Positions 31,793-41,655 of a stretch of DNA of 64,000 nt are shown here, piece after piece; position 1 is the first letter of the stretch, and every line of letters starts with the position of its first letter. Made by a program: the position numbers and the translations under genes. The stretch is taken from the sequence record OV754623, one strand, 5' to 3'. The stretch comes from Escherichia phage UGJNEcP1. Below the pieces are notes generated by a model that had not been told where the DNA came from, did not search any database, and saw only the letters and a program-made list of their open reading frames with translations.

Positions 31793-32041
31793 TTATTTCC
31801 TCAGATTTTTCTTAACAACTTTCCAATCAGCTTTAAACTGATCGACGTCAGAATGATAAATCCAGAATCCTGCACTTTCACCATCTTCGTAGAGTGGACA
31901 TCCATCACATTCTTCGTTCCAACCCATTTCGCGTAAAGCTTCTTCAGCTTGTTCAAGGAGTTCGGCGTCTTTACCAACGATGTTGAAGTACCATTTACCT
32001 CTAACTTCAGAATCTTTGATGCTCTGGCGTTGCAATCTCAT
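31793..32041 (-). CDS. hypothetical protein (frd.2 position)
   Basis: ORF track; promoter-like element upstream. Confidence 0.5.
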   Translation of the reverse strand: MRLQRQSIKDSEVRGKWYFNIVGKDAELLEQAEEALREMGWNEECDGCPLYEDGESAGFWIYHSDVDQFKADWKVVKKNLRK

Positions 32042-32075
32042 TTTATTCTCCTCTTCACTTTTATTTGATAGGGCT

Positions 32076-32105
32076 ACTATAACATAGCCCTATCTGATTG
32101 TACAC
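32076..32105 (-). promoter_or_regulatory. early-type promoter variant (GTGTAC-N18-TATAGT)
   Basis: Palindrome TAGGGCTA...TAGCCCTA around the -10; homologous to the elements at 52409 and 52921. Confidence 0.4.
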
Positions 32106-32509
32106 TACTTTTTAAAAGTTTTTTGCAAAAGTTTGATGATTTCGTCGACGTTGGTTTCATCTACGATACAATGGATTTTTGTTACACCTAAAGTTATACC
32201 TTCGTTAGTAGGTTGAGGCTTTTCTAAAGTTACCTCAGTAAAGTACTCAATAAAGTATTTGAACTCGTCAGGATAAATCTCAAAATAAGTTTCAATTTCA
32301 CCACCGGCAGAGCATACAGTACCATCTTCCATAGTTACACTTACTACGTTTGACGTATCGCTATCATAATCAGGTTCCATTCCGTTTACAACAAAACTAG
32401 GCCCGTGGAGTTCAATCAATTTTAACATCTTAGCGTTATTATGTGGTGCTTCTTGAACAAAGTCGTCTTTAAATAAAGGGTTAATGATATAAGATTTTCC
32501 GATTTCCAT
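32105..32509 (-). CDS. hypothetical protein (frd.3 position)
   Basis: ORF track; early-type promoter and GAGGAAA SD upstream. Confidence 0.5.
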   Translation of the reverse strand: MEIGKSYIINPLFKDDFVQEAPHNNAKMLKLIELHGPSFVVNGMEPDYDSDTSNVVSVTMEDGTVCSAGGEIETYFEIYPDEFKYFIEYFTEVTLEKPQPTNEGITLGVTKIHCIVDETNVDEIIKLLQKTFKK

Positions 32510-32538
32510 TTTGATTTCCTCATGTTGTTGATAGGTCT

Positions 32539-32567
32539 ATACTAACACATCCAGGGAAGAAGTAAAC
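32539..32567 (-). promoter_or_regulatory. T4 early-type promoter (GTTTAC-N17-TAGTAT)
   Basis: Upstream of the ORF starting at 32509; leader TATAGACCTATCAACAACATGAGGAAA. Confidence 0.5.
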
Positions 32568-32598
32568 AACTTTTTCGGCAATTTACAGATACTCAAAA

Positions 32599-32616
32599 GG
32601 GAGACCGAAGTCTCCC
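32599..32616 (-). terminator. intrinsic terminator after gene 32 (GGGAGAC-UUCG-GUCUCCC plus U-run)
   Basis: Identical hairpin to 17708..17725; TTTT follows on the minus strand. Confidence 0.6.
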
Positions 32617-32622
32617 GATTTA

Positions 32623-33525
32623 TTATAGACCAGCTAACAGGTCATCGAGGTCACCATCATCAGAGGATGAGGTAGAGCTCATGAAGTCATCTTCAGTTTT
32701 TGCAGAACTAAAGGCTTCCATGTCTTTATCAAAATCGTCAAGGTCAGAAGCAACTTTATCTGCAACAGAAGCTGCGGCAGCTGCTGCACCGCCCAGAGCG
32801 GCAGTACCAAGAACCTTAGCGAAAGATTCATTTAATTTTTCAAAGGATTTGAACTGGTCTTTAGCCGTCAAAGTGGTAAGGTCTACCATCTGGTCATATA
32901 GTTCTTTCTGGAATGCTTCATCATTAATACGAGGAATTTCAGATTGACCCAAGAATTTAGATTCGTCATAGTTGCTAAAACCAGAAACCTGCTTAGCTTT
33001 CAGAACGAAGTTAGCACCTTCAAATGGACAAGTAACATCAACTGGAGTTTCACCCATTTCGGTATCAACTGCAATCATTGCATTGATTTTGTCCCAAATC
33101 TTTTTACCGAAACGATATTTAAATACTTTACCTTCGTTATCTGGAGCTTGAGGGTCTTTAACAACCAGAATATTAGCCCAATAAGAAGTTTTACGTTTCA
33201 GTTGAGAATATTCAGTTTTGTTGGTATTGTACAGGTCATTTTTAATAATGTACTGACATACAGGACAAGAGTCGTAATCCCCATGTGTAGAAGAGCAATT
33301 TTCAATATACCATTTACCATTTTTCTTGAAACCGTGGTTAACAAGAATTGCAAATGGTAGTGCATCATCAGTTTTTGCTGGCAAGAAACGAATTACCGCT
33401 TGACCATTACCTGATGCATCTAGCTTCAGCTTCCATTCGCCTTTATCTTCTGAAGAGAAACCTTTGTTACCGTTCAGTTTAGCCATTTGAGCAGCGAGGT
33501 CAGCAGTAGATTTACGTTTAAACAT
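32623..33525 (-). CDS. 32: single-stranded DNA-binding protein gp32
   Basis: 300 aa; zinc-binding H-x12-C-x9-C-x2-C region and acidic C-terminus; near-identical to T4 gp32 as recalled. Confidence 0.95.
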   Translation of the reverse strand: MFKRKSTADLAAQMAKLNGNKGFSSEDKGEWKLKLDASGNGQAVIRFLPAKTDDALPFAILVNHGFKKNGKWYIENCSSTHGDYDSCPVCQYIIKNDLYNTNKTEYSQLKRKTSYWANILVVKDPQAPDNEGKVFKYRFGKKIWDKINAMIAVDTEMGETPVDVTCPFEGANFVLKAKQVSGFSNYDESKFLGQSEIPRINDEAFQKELYDQMVDLTTLTAKDQFKSFEKLNESFAKVLGTAALGGAAAAAASVADKVASDLDDFDKDMEAFSSAKTEDDFMSSTSSSDDGDLDDLLAGL

Positions 33526-33612
33526 TATATTTACCTTTATTTAGATTATTTAATTTATTTACAGTTGGTTGCTACGACACTTATACCTCGTAGCTGGTAT
33601 GTTTTATTTATA
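33526..33612 (-). promoter_or_regulatory. gene 32 leader: A/U-rich translational operator, upstream hairpin, and TATAAATA late promoter (33605..33612)
   Basis: mRNA-sense leader AAAUAAAUUAAAUAAUCUAAAUAAAGGUAAAUAUA before the AUG; hairpin GCUACGA...UCGUAGC further upstream. Confidence 0.5.
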
Positions 33613-33641
33613 AAGTAATTTTAACACGCAAGAAATAAAGC

Positions 33642-34295
33642 TTAATACTTACATGATTTGATTGTTTCTATGAACAATTTCTTAGCAGCATTTCCATCGA
33701 TTTGAAGTATTTTTCGATATGCCTTTAATTTGGTAGAATAATTTTGCCAGACTAAATTGTCGGTAAGTTCGTCATGCTTATCTATAATATTCAAGAATGA
33801 ATCTAACAACAAGAAGGTTTCAAATGAAATTATATTGCTTTGTAGCAATTTAAATATGTAGCTCGACTGAACTTTATTATTATAATCAAATATCTCTTGA
33901 AGCGCACTAACTTCCACTTTCTTACTGAAATAGTAGATGTTACGTACGTCTTCAGCAAACGTCTCCTTGGCTTGTTTGAGACGTCCAATGTATTCCCTAT
34001 AGAAAACTAATGCATCAGCGTCTGATATCTCACCAATCCATGCGTCTTGGTTAGCAACTAAGTTGCTTATGAATATCAAGGTGAGTTCCTTCAATTTATA
34101 TTTCTCTGCTAGTTTTTCAAAGAAATATTTATCTCGGCGTTTTTGATACGCATTATCCGAAACACGCATGCACCAGTTATATTTGATTACGTCATACCGA
34201 CCACCAAAATGGTTTTTGCACATCAAGTATAGTTTATATACTGATTTTCCATTAATATAACGTTCTCCATCAGGAGGCATGCGTATTTTAATCAT
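33642..34295 (-). CDS. 59: helicase loader gp59
   Basis: 217 aa as T4 gp59; near-identical segments (DVIKYNWCMRVSD, AWIGEISDADALVFYREYIGRLKQ). Confidence 0.9.
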   Translation of the reverse strand: MIKIRMPPDGERYINGKSVYKLYLMCKNHFGGRYDVIKYNWCMRVSDNAYQKRRDKYFFEKLAEKYKLKELTLIFISNLVANQDAWIGEISDADALVFYREYIGRLKQAKETFAEDVRNIYYFSKKVEVSALQEIFDYNNKVQSSYIFKLLQSNIISFETFLLLDSFLNIIDKHDELTDNLVWQNYSTKLKAYRKILQIDGNAAKKLFIETIKSCKY

Positions 34296-34971
34296 ATTTC
34301 CATCCGGGCCATTTTGAAGATTTAAGTCTATATGTAACTAAAGACGCAGAAATATTAAAAACATTTGAAACTTCTTTACACGAGGCGTATTTTATACCAT
34401 CAATAGTTATAGGTTTTTGTTTTTTAATAGTCCTTTCTCTAGAATGTGGTTTTGAATTTGCTATTCTAAGAGCTTCTTTAGTGGAATCAGGCATCGCCTT
34501 ATTCGTTTTTCTCCCTTTTCGGACTTTACTCAAGGCCAATTTGTGAGCTTCAGATAGTTTCTTACCCTTATTAGGGGACGGTATTTTTCTTTCTAGTCTT
34601 GTTTTAGATACTTTAGCCTTAGTCTCTTCAGATCTAGGTTTACCTAATTTAGAAAGTGAAATGGCCCTTTTAGCTTCATCACTTTGTTTTTTGCCAGGAC
34701 CACCTTTACCACCGGGAACTAAGTTATAAGTATCATCTCGCAAAACAAAATCTTCATTAACCAATTCTGCTTCTTTTTTATAGGCGTCCTTGTCATTATC
34801 ATATTCATAAAGAATTTCGGTATAAAAATTTTTTAGTCCATATTTAGCTTTGGCCGCTAATATAGCGCGGCCTGATCCAATATACCAATCTTTCTCTTTA
34901 TGTTTTTTATGTACGCCTATATAAATTTTACCATTTATTTTATTGGTAGTTTTATACACAACGTATTTCAT
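34288..34971 (-). CDS. GIY-YIG homing endonuclease (Seg/I-TevI-like) with NUMOD3 repeats and C-terminal HTH
   Basis: N-terminal YVVYKTTNKINGKIYIGVHK GIY-YIG motif; repeated basic NUMOD-like motifs; C-terminal helix-turn-helix-like segment. Confidence 0.8.
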   Translation of the reverse strand: MKYVVYKTTNKINGKIYIGVHKKHKEKDWYIGSGRAILAAKAKYGLKNFYTEILYEYDNDKDAYKKEAELVNEDFVLRDDTYNLVPGGKGGPGKKQSDEAKRAISLSKLGKPRSEETKAKVSKTRLERKIPSPNKGKKLSEAHKLALSKVRKGRKTNKAMPDSTKEALRIANSKPHSRERTIKKQKPITIDGIKYASCKEVSNVFNISASLVTYRLKSSKWPGWKYD

Positions 34972-35306
34972 AATAAGAAATCTAACGTATTAGTTTTTTC
35001 ACCACGAGCAACTGATGGGCGAAGCATGTTTTCGTCAATTGCTTCGCTTGTAATTTTTTCAACAATTCCTGTAGGAATAAATTTAGCAAATTGTGTTTCT
35101 GGAATAGAATTTTCTTCCAAGAAAGCAGTTGTTGCTTCTAAATAAGACATACCAAATTGTTCAACCATGGATTCAATAATGAATCCGTTTTCTTGCCGGT
35201 CAAGCAATTTAGCGATATCATCTTTATCGTGTTTTACTGCTAATTCTTGTTCAGATAAACCGGCCTCATCAACCGGTTTAATATCACTTAGTGAAAACTG
35301 TGTCAT
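34968..35306 (-). CDS. 33: late transcription accessory protein gp33
   Basis: 112 aa as T4 gp33; near-identical as recalled. Confidence 0.85.
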   Translation of the reverse strand: MTQFSLSDIKPVDEAGLSEQELAVKHDKDDIAKLLDRQENGFIIESMVEQFGMSYLEATTAFLEENSIPETQFAKFIPTGIVEKITSEAIDENMLRPSVARGEKTNTLDFLL

Positions 35307-35553
35307 AAAGCTCGACTACCTCTTCGTTTTCAGCTTCAAATTGGTCACGAGCATCTTTATGATAAAGAGCTAACAAACGATTAAACATTTTTCCATCAAC
35401 GCCAAGCTCTTCTTTAGCACGAGTACGAATGTCTTTAATCAGTTCATTATAACCAGAAATTTTAAGTTTGTTATCGGAAGCTTCCTTGACTAGTTTAGCC
35501 AGTTCTTCACCATGCACATCTTGATTAAATTCAACTGCTTCTTTCTTAGCCAT
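35284..35553 (-). CDS. dsbA: double-stranded DNA-binding protein DsbA
   Basis: ORF 35284..35571 trimmed to Met 7 (GAGGT SD), giving 89 aa as T4 DsbA. Confidence 0.75.
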   Translation of the reverse strand: MAKKEAVEFNQDVHGEELAKLVKEASDNKLKISGYNELIKDIRTRAKEELGVDGKMFNRLLALYHKDARDQFEAENEEVVELYDTVFTK

Positions 35554-35560
35554 GTTTACC

Positions 35561-36478
35561 TCAGAATTCATTAATTACACTTGTTAATTTAGAAAGACCA
35601 GATTTTACAAAATATGAATAAATCTTGCCTTTAGGTTGTTGTTTATATGAGTTATAATACTCTATAATGGTTGAAGCAATATTATCAGGGATATAATCAA
35701 AATCAATGAGAACCAAATTTTCTTGATACCGTTTATATTCTTCTGCACTTAATAATACTTCAGCTTGAGAACGGTCGTTAGCAATTGCTTCAATAATTGA
35801 TGTTTTCATGCTCGGAGTTCGTTCACCTTCAACTCGAGTAAACCAGAAGTCACCACGAACTCGAACAGATGCGACACCATCCTTACGGTCACCTTTAAGA
35901 ATTTTAGTCATGCAATCAATTTCAGCAGAACCATTCTTAATTTTAACCCATTTTTTCTGTGGTGGCGACCACTGTTTAACGTTAGGATATTTGTGTAATT
36001 GTGTAAAGTCACCATCTGATGCAACAATACATACCTTATGTCCAGCTAATGACAAATATTTGGTTAATACACCAATATGGTCATCCGCTTCATACTTGTC
36101 AATATCCATTACAACGTATGGCATGTATTTCTTAATCTCATCAACAACTTGATGGAGTGCAGTAAAATATCCTTCCCAATCCCACTTTGAAGCTTCACGA
36201 TCGGTTTTACGATTTTTCTTGTAATAGTAAGCAAAGTCACGTCGCCAATAACCTGAAGTAGCATTATCCATACACAATACAAATTTTGTATAGCCTTGCT
36301 TACGGAACATCACTACGTTTTTACGAATTGAATTCAAGATTACATGGCGAACCATCGGAACAGTAATTTTATCGCCGTCTTCAAAGTTGTTTAATGCAGC
36401 TGCCAATGCAATGTTACTAAAGTCGGCAAGTGCAATACCTTCTTTGTAATCTTCATCCAACATCATTTCTAAATCCAT
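35561..36478 (-). CDS. rnh: RNase H (5'-3' exonuclease / flap endonuclease)
   Basis: 305 aa as T4 RNase H; near-identical segments (KYEADDHIGVL, SDGDFTQLHKYPNVKQWSP). Confidence 0.9.
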   Translation of the reverse strand: MDLEMMLDEDYKEGIALADFSNIALAAALNNFEDGDKITVPMVRHVILNSIRKNVVMFRKQGYTKFVLCMDNATSGYWRRDFAYYYKKNRKTDREASKWDWEGYFTALHQVVDEIKKYMPYVVMDIDKYEADDHIGVLTKYLSLAGHKVCIVASDGDFTQLHKYPNVKQWSPPQKKWVKIKNGSAEIDCMTKILKGDRKDGVASVRVRGDFWFTRVEGERTPSMKTSIIEAIANDRSQAEVLLSAEEYKRYQENLVLIDFDYIPDNIASTIIEYYNSYKQQPKGKIYSYFVKSGLSKLTSVINEF

Positions 36479-36510
36479 ATGAACCTCTTGTTCAGTTAGT
36501 CAACTTGACT

Positions 36511-36540
36511 ATAGTAACACACTCATTTGAAAGCGTAAAC
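36511..36540 (-). promoter_or_regulatory. T4 early-type promoter (GTTTAC-N18-TACTAT) upstream of rnh
   Basis: In the divergent rnh / gene 34 intergenic region. Confidence 0.5.
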
Positions 36541-36543
36541 TGG

Positions 36544-36551
36544 TATAAATA
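36544..36551 (+). promoter_or_regulatory. late promoter TATAAATA for gene 34
   Basis: Exact TATAAATA about 30 nt before the gene 34 ATG. Confidence 0.55.
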
Positions 36552-36581
36552 AGTATTATTGAAACAATAAAGGAAAAACGA

Positions 36582-39500
36582 ATGGCCGACATCAAACGTA
36601 AGTTCAGAGCCGAAGACGGTCTGGACGCCGGTGGCGACAAGATTGTTAACGTAGCATTAGCCGACCGTACAGTAGGTACAGATGGCGTAAACGTTGACTT
36701 CCTGGTACAAGAAAACACCGTTCAAGTATATGATTCTACGCGTGGATATAACAAAGGATTTGTTGTTCTTTATGACAACCGTTTATATCAAGCAATAAAT
36801 GATATCGTGTCTCCTTCAGGGGCATTTAACCTTTTACAATGGCGTGCAGTTCGTACCGATGCACAATGGATAACTGTCGCTTCTGGGACTTATCAACTTT
36901 CTTCAGGTGAATCTATTTCGGTTAACACTGGTGCTGGCAATGATATGGTTTTCACATTGCCAAATGCGCCGGTTGATGGTGATACTGTTGTTTTGGCTGA
37001 TATTGGTGGAAGAACCGGGACAGTTAAAGTACAGATTAACGCGTCTGTGCAGAGTATTTTAAACTTTAGAGGTGAACAAGTTCGTACAGTTTTAATGACG
37101 CGCCCACGTTCACAACTATTGTTTGTGTTTAGTAATCGCTTGTGGCAGATGTATATCATTGATTATGGTAAAGAATCAATCACTGTTACACCTGCGACAC
37201 CATATCAAGCACAAGCAAATGATTTTATCGTTCGTCGTTTTACTAGTGCAGCACCAATCAACATTACACTTCCACGTAATGCTAACAATGGCGATATAAT
37301 CACCCTAGTCGATTTAGATAAATTAAACCCACTGTATCATACAATTGTTAAAACATTTGATGATACAACGTCTATTGGTGAAGTCGGGACTCATATTGCC
37401 GAAGGCAGAAATGACTCTGACGCGTTTTTTGTTTTTGATGCTTCAAATAGTTTATGGCGTATATGGGAAGGCGACCAGAAATCGCGTCTTCGTATTATCC
37501 GTGCGGATTCAAATATTCGTCCAAATGAAGAAGTTCTTATTTTTGGCACAAATAACGCTACATCCGGAACTATTAATCTTACGCTGCCTACAGGAATTTT
37601 GAGTGGTGACACTGTTAAAATTTCAATGAACTACATGCGTAAAGGCCAAACAGTAAAAATTAAAGCTGCCGAAGGTGATACAATTGCTTCTTCTGTTGCA
37701 TTGCTTCAGTTCCCTAAACGTTCTGAATATCCACCTGATGCTCAATGGGTCTCTGTTACTGAACTAGAATTCAATGGCACTACTTCGTATGTTCCTGTAT
37801 TAGAATTAGCATATATTGAAGATACCGATTCCGACACTCATTATTGGGTTGTGCAACAGAATGTCCCTACGGTAGAACGTGTTGATGCTGGAACTGATGC
37901 TACACGAGCTCGTTTAGGTGTTATTGCTCTTGCTACTCAAGCGCAAGCAAATGTTGATTTAGAGAATACTCCAGCTAAAGAAGTGGCTATTACTCCTGAA
38001 ACGTTGGCAAATCGTACAGCAACTGAAGCTCGACGTGGTATCGCTAAAATTGCTACAACAGCACAAGTTAACCAGAATTCCACAGCAACATTTGTGGACG
38101 ATACTATTGTTACGCCTAAAAAACTAAATGAGCGTACAGCAACTGAAACTCGTCGTGGTCTTGCTGAAATTGCTACTCAGGCTGAAACCGATGCTGGTCT
38201 TGACGACACAACGATTATTACACCTAAGAAATTGCAGGCACGTCAGGGTTCTGAAACACTATCTGGTATAGTTAAATATGTATCAACTACTTCTGCTACT
38301 CCTGCTGAAACTCGTGGGGCAGCAGGCACTAACGTTTATAATAAAACCGTAAATAATTTAACTATTTCCCCTAAAGCCCTTGACCAATATAAAGCAACTT
38401 ATGCTCAACAAGGTGCAGTAATTTTAGCTGTTGATAGTGAAGTAATTGCTGGACAATCTCAAGCAGGTTATTCTCACGCTGTAGTAACTCCTGAAACACT
38501 ACATAAGAAAACTTCTACTGATGGACGTATTGGTTTAATTGAAATTGCTACGCAAGCAGAAACTAATACTGGGACTGATTATACACGTGCAGTAACGCCT
38601 AAGACGTTAAATGATAGGAAAGCTACGGAAGGAATATCCGGCATAGCCGAACTTGCTACGCAAGTTGAATTTGATACTGGAACTGATGATACTCGTATCT
38701 CGACTCCACTGAAAATTAAAACTCATTTTGATTCTTCTGACCGTACCAGTGTTAATTCTGATTCCGGACTTATTGAAGAAGGAACCTTGTGGAACCATTA
38801 TACTCTTGATATTTCTAAAGCAAATGAAACACAACGTGGTACACTTCGCGTAGCGACCCAGGCAGAATCTAATGCAGGAACTTTAGATGATGTTCTTATT
38901 ACTCCTAAAAAGCTTTTAGGGACTAAGTCCACTGAAACGTCTGAAGGCGTAATTAAGGTTGCTACTCGGGCTGAAACTGTAACAGGAACTTCTGCTAATA
39001 CTGCTGTATCTCCTAAGAATTTAAAATGGATTGTCCAGAACGAACCAACATGGGCTGCTACTACGGCAATTCGCGGATTCGTTAAAACTTCATCCGGTTC
39101 TATTACATTTGTTGGTAATGATACAGTTGGTTCAACACAACCTTTAGAATCATATGAGAAAAATAGCTATGCAGTATCACCATATGAATTAAACCGTGTA
39201 CTTGCTAACTATTTACCATTAAAAGCAAAAGCTGCTGACGCAAATTTATTAGATGGCCTAGATTCATCTCAGTTCATTCGTAGGGACATTGCACAGACGG
39301 TTAATGGTTCACTAACCTTAACCCAACAAACGAATCTGAGTGGCCCTCTTGTATCATCTAGTACCGCTACGTTTGGTGGATCAGTTTCGGCAAATAGTAC
39401 ATTAACTATTTCTAATACTGGAACGGCAACTCGTCTGATTTTTGAAAAAGGACCTCAGACTGGAACTAACCCAGTACAGACGATGACTATCAGAGTTTGG

Positions 39501-40457
39501 GGAAATCAGTTTGGTGGTGGTTCAGATACAACACGTTCTACCGTATTTGAAGTTGGCGATGAAACGTCTAATCACTTTTATTCTCAACGTAATAAAGCTG
39601 GTAATATAACGTTTAGCATTAATGGTACTGTAATGCCAATAAATGTTAACGCTTCGGGTTCATTGAATGCGAATGGCGTAGCAACATTTGGTAGTTCAGT
39701 TACTGCTAATGGCGAATTCATCAGCAAGTCTGCAAATGCTTTCAGAGCAATAAACGGTGATTACGGATTCTTTATTCGTAATGATGCTGCTAATACCTAT
39801 TTTATGCTCACTGCATCTGGTGATCAGACTGGCGGATTTAATGGATTACGTCCTTTGGCTATTAATAATGCATCTGGTCAAGTAACGATTGGTGAAAGCT
39901 TAATCATTGCCAAAGGTGCTACTATAAATTCAGGTGGTTTAACTGTTAACTCGAGAATTCGTTCTCAGGGTTCTAAAACTGCTGATTTATACACTCGTGC
40001 TCCTACTGCTGATACAGTCGGGTTCTGGTCAGTTGACATTAACGATTCAGCCACTTATAACCAATTCCCGGGTTATTTTAAAATGGTTGAAAAAACTAAT
40101 GAAGTGTCTGGACTTCCGTACTTAGAACGTGGTGAAGAAGTTAAATCCCCTGGTACTTTGACTCAGTTTGGTAATACGCTTGATTCTCTTTACCAAGATT
40201 GGATTACTTATCCAACGACACCGGAAGCGCGTACCACTCGCTGGACTCGTACATGGCAGAAAACTAAAAATTCTTGGTCAAGTTTTGTTCAGGTATTTGA
40301 TGGTGGAAACCCTCCTCAACCTTCTGATATTGGTGCTTTACCTTCTGATAATGCAACAATCGGAAACTTGACAATAAGGGATTTCTTAAGGATTGGTAAC
40401 GTCCGCATTATTCCAGACCCTGTGAATAAATCTGTTAAATTCGAGTGGATTGAATAA
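36582..40457 (+). CDS. 34: long tail fibre proximal subunit gp34
   Basis: 1291 aa (T4 gp34 1289 aa); TATAAATA late promoter upstream; internal repeats of the type ATExRRGxxEIATQAETxxG. Confidence 0.9.
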   Translation: MADIKRKFRAEDGLDAGGDKIVNVALADRTVGTDGVNVDFLVQENTVQVYDSTRGYNKGFVVLYDNRLYQAINDIVSPSGAFNLLQWRAVRTDAQWITVASGTYQLSSGESISVNTGAGNDMVFTLPNAPVDGDTVVLADIGGRTGTVKVQINASVQSILNFRGEQVRTVLMTRPRSQLLFVFSNRLWQMYIIDYGKESITVTPATPYQAQANDFIVRRFTSAAPINITLPRNANNGDIITLVDLDKLNPLYHTIVKTFDDTTSIGEVGTHIAEGRNDSDAFFVFDASNSLWRIWEGDQKSRLRIIRADSNIRPNEEVLIFGTNNATSGTINLTLPTGILSGDTVKISMNYMRKGQTVKIKAAEGDTIASSVALLQFPKRSEYPPDAQWVSVTELEFNGTTSYVPVLELAYIEDTDSDTHYWVVQQNVPTVERVDAGTDATRARLGVIALATQAQANVDLENTPAKEVAITPETLANRTATEARRGIAKIATTAQVNQNSTATFVDDTIVTPKKLNERTATETRRGLAEIATQAETDAGLDDTTIITPKKLQARQGSETLSGIVKYVSTTSATPAETRGAAGTNVYNKTVNNLTISPKALDQYKATYAQQGAVILAVDSEVIAGQSQAGYSHAVVTPETLHKKTSTDGRIGLIEIATQAETNTGTDYTRAVTPKTLNDRKATEGISGIAELATQVEFDTGTDDTRISTPLKIKTHFDSSDRTSVNSDSGLIEEGTLWNHYTLDISKANETQRGTLRVATQAESNAGTLDDVLITPKKLLGTKSTETSEGVIKVATRAETVTGTSANTAVSPKNLKWIVQNEPTWAATTAIRGFVKTSSGSITFVGNDTVGSTQPLESYEKNSYAVSPYELNRVLANYLPLKAKAADANLLDGLDSSQFIRRDIAQTVNGSLTLTQQTNLSGPLVSSSTATFGGSVSANSTLTISNTGTATRLIFEKGPQTGTNPVQTMTIRVWGNQFGGGSDTTRSTVFEVGDETSNHFYSQRNKAGNITFSINGTVMPINVNASGSLNANGVATFGSSVTANGEFISKSANAFRAINGDYGFFIRNDAANTYFMLTASGDQTGGFNGLRPLAINNASGQVTIGESLIIAKGATINSGGLTVNSRIRSQGSKTADLYTRAPTADTVGFWSVDINDSATYNQFPGYFKMVEKTNEVSGLPYLERGEEVKSPGTLTQFGNTLDSLYQDWITYPTTPEARTTRWTRTWQKTKNSWSSFVQVFDGGNPPQPSDIGALPSDNATIGNLTIRDFLRIGNVRIIPDPVNKSVKFEWIE

Positions 40458-40465
40458 GAGGTATT

Positions 40466-41593
40466 ATGGAAAAATTTATGGCTAAGTTTGGACAAGGATA
40501 CGTCCAAACGCCATTTTTATCGGAAAGCAATTCAGTACGATTTAAATTAAGCATAGCGGGCTCTTGCCCGCTATCAACATCTCCTGCTTATATTAAGTTC
40601 CAGGATAATCCACTTGGGTCTCAGGTTTTTTCCGTTGGATTAAACGTTCGTGTAATAAACCCTACAACAGGTACAGTAGTTGAATCTAAGACATATAATT
40701 TCTCTACTGAAAACGACACCACGTCAAGTGCATTTGTTACTTTCATGGACACATATGCTTCAAATTTTATATTTGCTCTTGTTACTAACGCTAAAACAAA
40801 CTTTCCACCTGAAGTTCTTGCATGGTTTAATAAAGCCGGAAGTTCTGCTATTCCATTAGCTCAACAAGTTTTAAATATAGTGGACATTTCTTATTCGGCA
40901 TTTTATATTTCTGGTAAGAATGCTATAGCACTAGAACATATTAAGTATAGTAATAAGAAAACTTCAACCGACTATAGTACACCACTTGATGTTGTGTATG
41001 ACACAATCGATGATATCGGTGCTACCGGCTTCCCTAGTCGTACGTATGAATCGTCAGACACATTTTTATCTGCCATTGGAGGTACTAATAATGAAATTAA
41101 AAGGATGCCTACAACATCCCTTATTACACCTCTCGCTGGGTATAAATTGAAGCCTGGAGATTTCCTTTATATGAAATTCCAACTAATGGCTGATGCCGAT
41201 TTGTTAGCACAAGGGACGACACGACTTTCTATTCGTTTCTTTAAATCTCCTTCTACTTCACCTATTTCATTTAAGGATACAAACTTTGATGGGGCTGCAG
41301 GTGAATGGAAGATATATGAAGACTACATAGAAATTCCTGCTGGTGCTGACGGGTTCACGATTTATTGTTATCGTACAGCTCCAGTCGGGCAAGGTGGATT
41401 AAGAAACGTTATATTCACTGAAGTATCATGTAATGGAAGCGTTTCAAAACCTGCCGAGTTTGGTATAAATGGTATTCGTGTAAATTATGTTTCAGAATCT
41501 TTAAGTGCCCCAGACATAATGACATTACCTACTCAATCTTCAACTGATACTGGTAAGGTATTTGGACAAGAATTTAAAGAAGCATCAGAATAA
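40466..41593 (+). CDS. 35: long tail fibre hinge gp35
   Basis: 375 aa; synteny 34-35-36-37; terminator hairpin after the stop. Confidence 0.85.
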   Translation: MEKFMAKFGQGYVQTPFLSESNSVRFKLSIAGSCPLSTSPAYIKFQDNPLGSQVFSVGLNVRVINPTTGTVVESKTYNFSTENDTTSSAFVTFMDTYASNFIFALVTNAKTNFPPEVLAWFNKAGSSAIPLAQQVLNIVDISYSAFYISGKNAIALEHIKYSNKKTSTDYSTPLDVVYDTIDDIGATGFPSRTYESSDTFLSAIGGTNNEIKRMPTTSLITPLAGYKLKPGDFLYMKFQLMADADLLAQGTTRLSIRFFKSPSTSPISFKDTNFDGAAGEWKIYEDYIEIPAGADGFTIYCYRTAPVGQGGLRNVIFTEVSCNGSVSKPAEFGINGIRVNYVSESLSAPDIMTLPTQSSTDTGKVFGQEFKEASE

Positions 41594-41598
41594 ATTTA

Positions 41599-41616
41599 GG
41601 GAGACTTCGGTCTCCC
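41599..41616 (+). terminator. intrinsic terminator after gene 35 (GGGAGAC-UUCG-GUCUCCC plus U-run)
   Basis: Hairpin followed by ATTTTTG on the plus strand. Confidence 0.65.
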
Positions 41617-41623
41617 ATTTTTG

Positions 41624-41631
41624 TATAAATA
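41624..41631 (+). promoter_or_regulatory. late promoter TATAAATA for gene 36
   Basis: Exact TATAAATA after the gene 35 terminator, about 25 nt before the gene 36 ATG. Confidence 0.55.
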
Positions 41632-41655
41632 TGGTATACATATAAGGAGACAACT

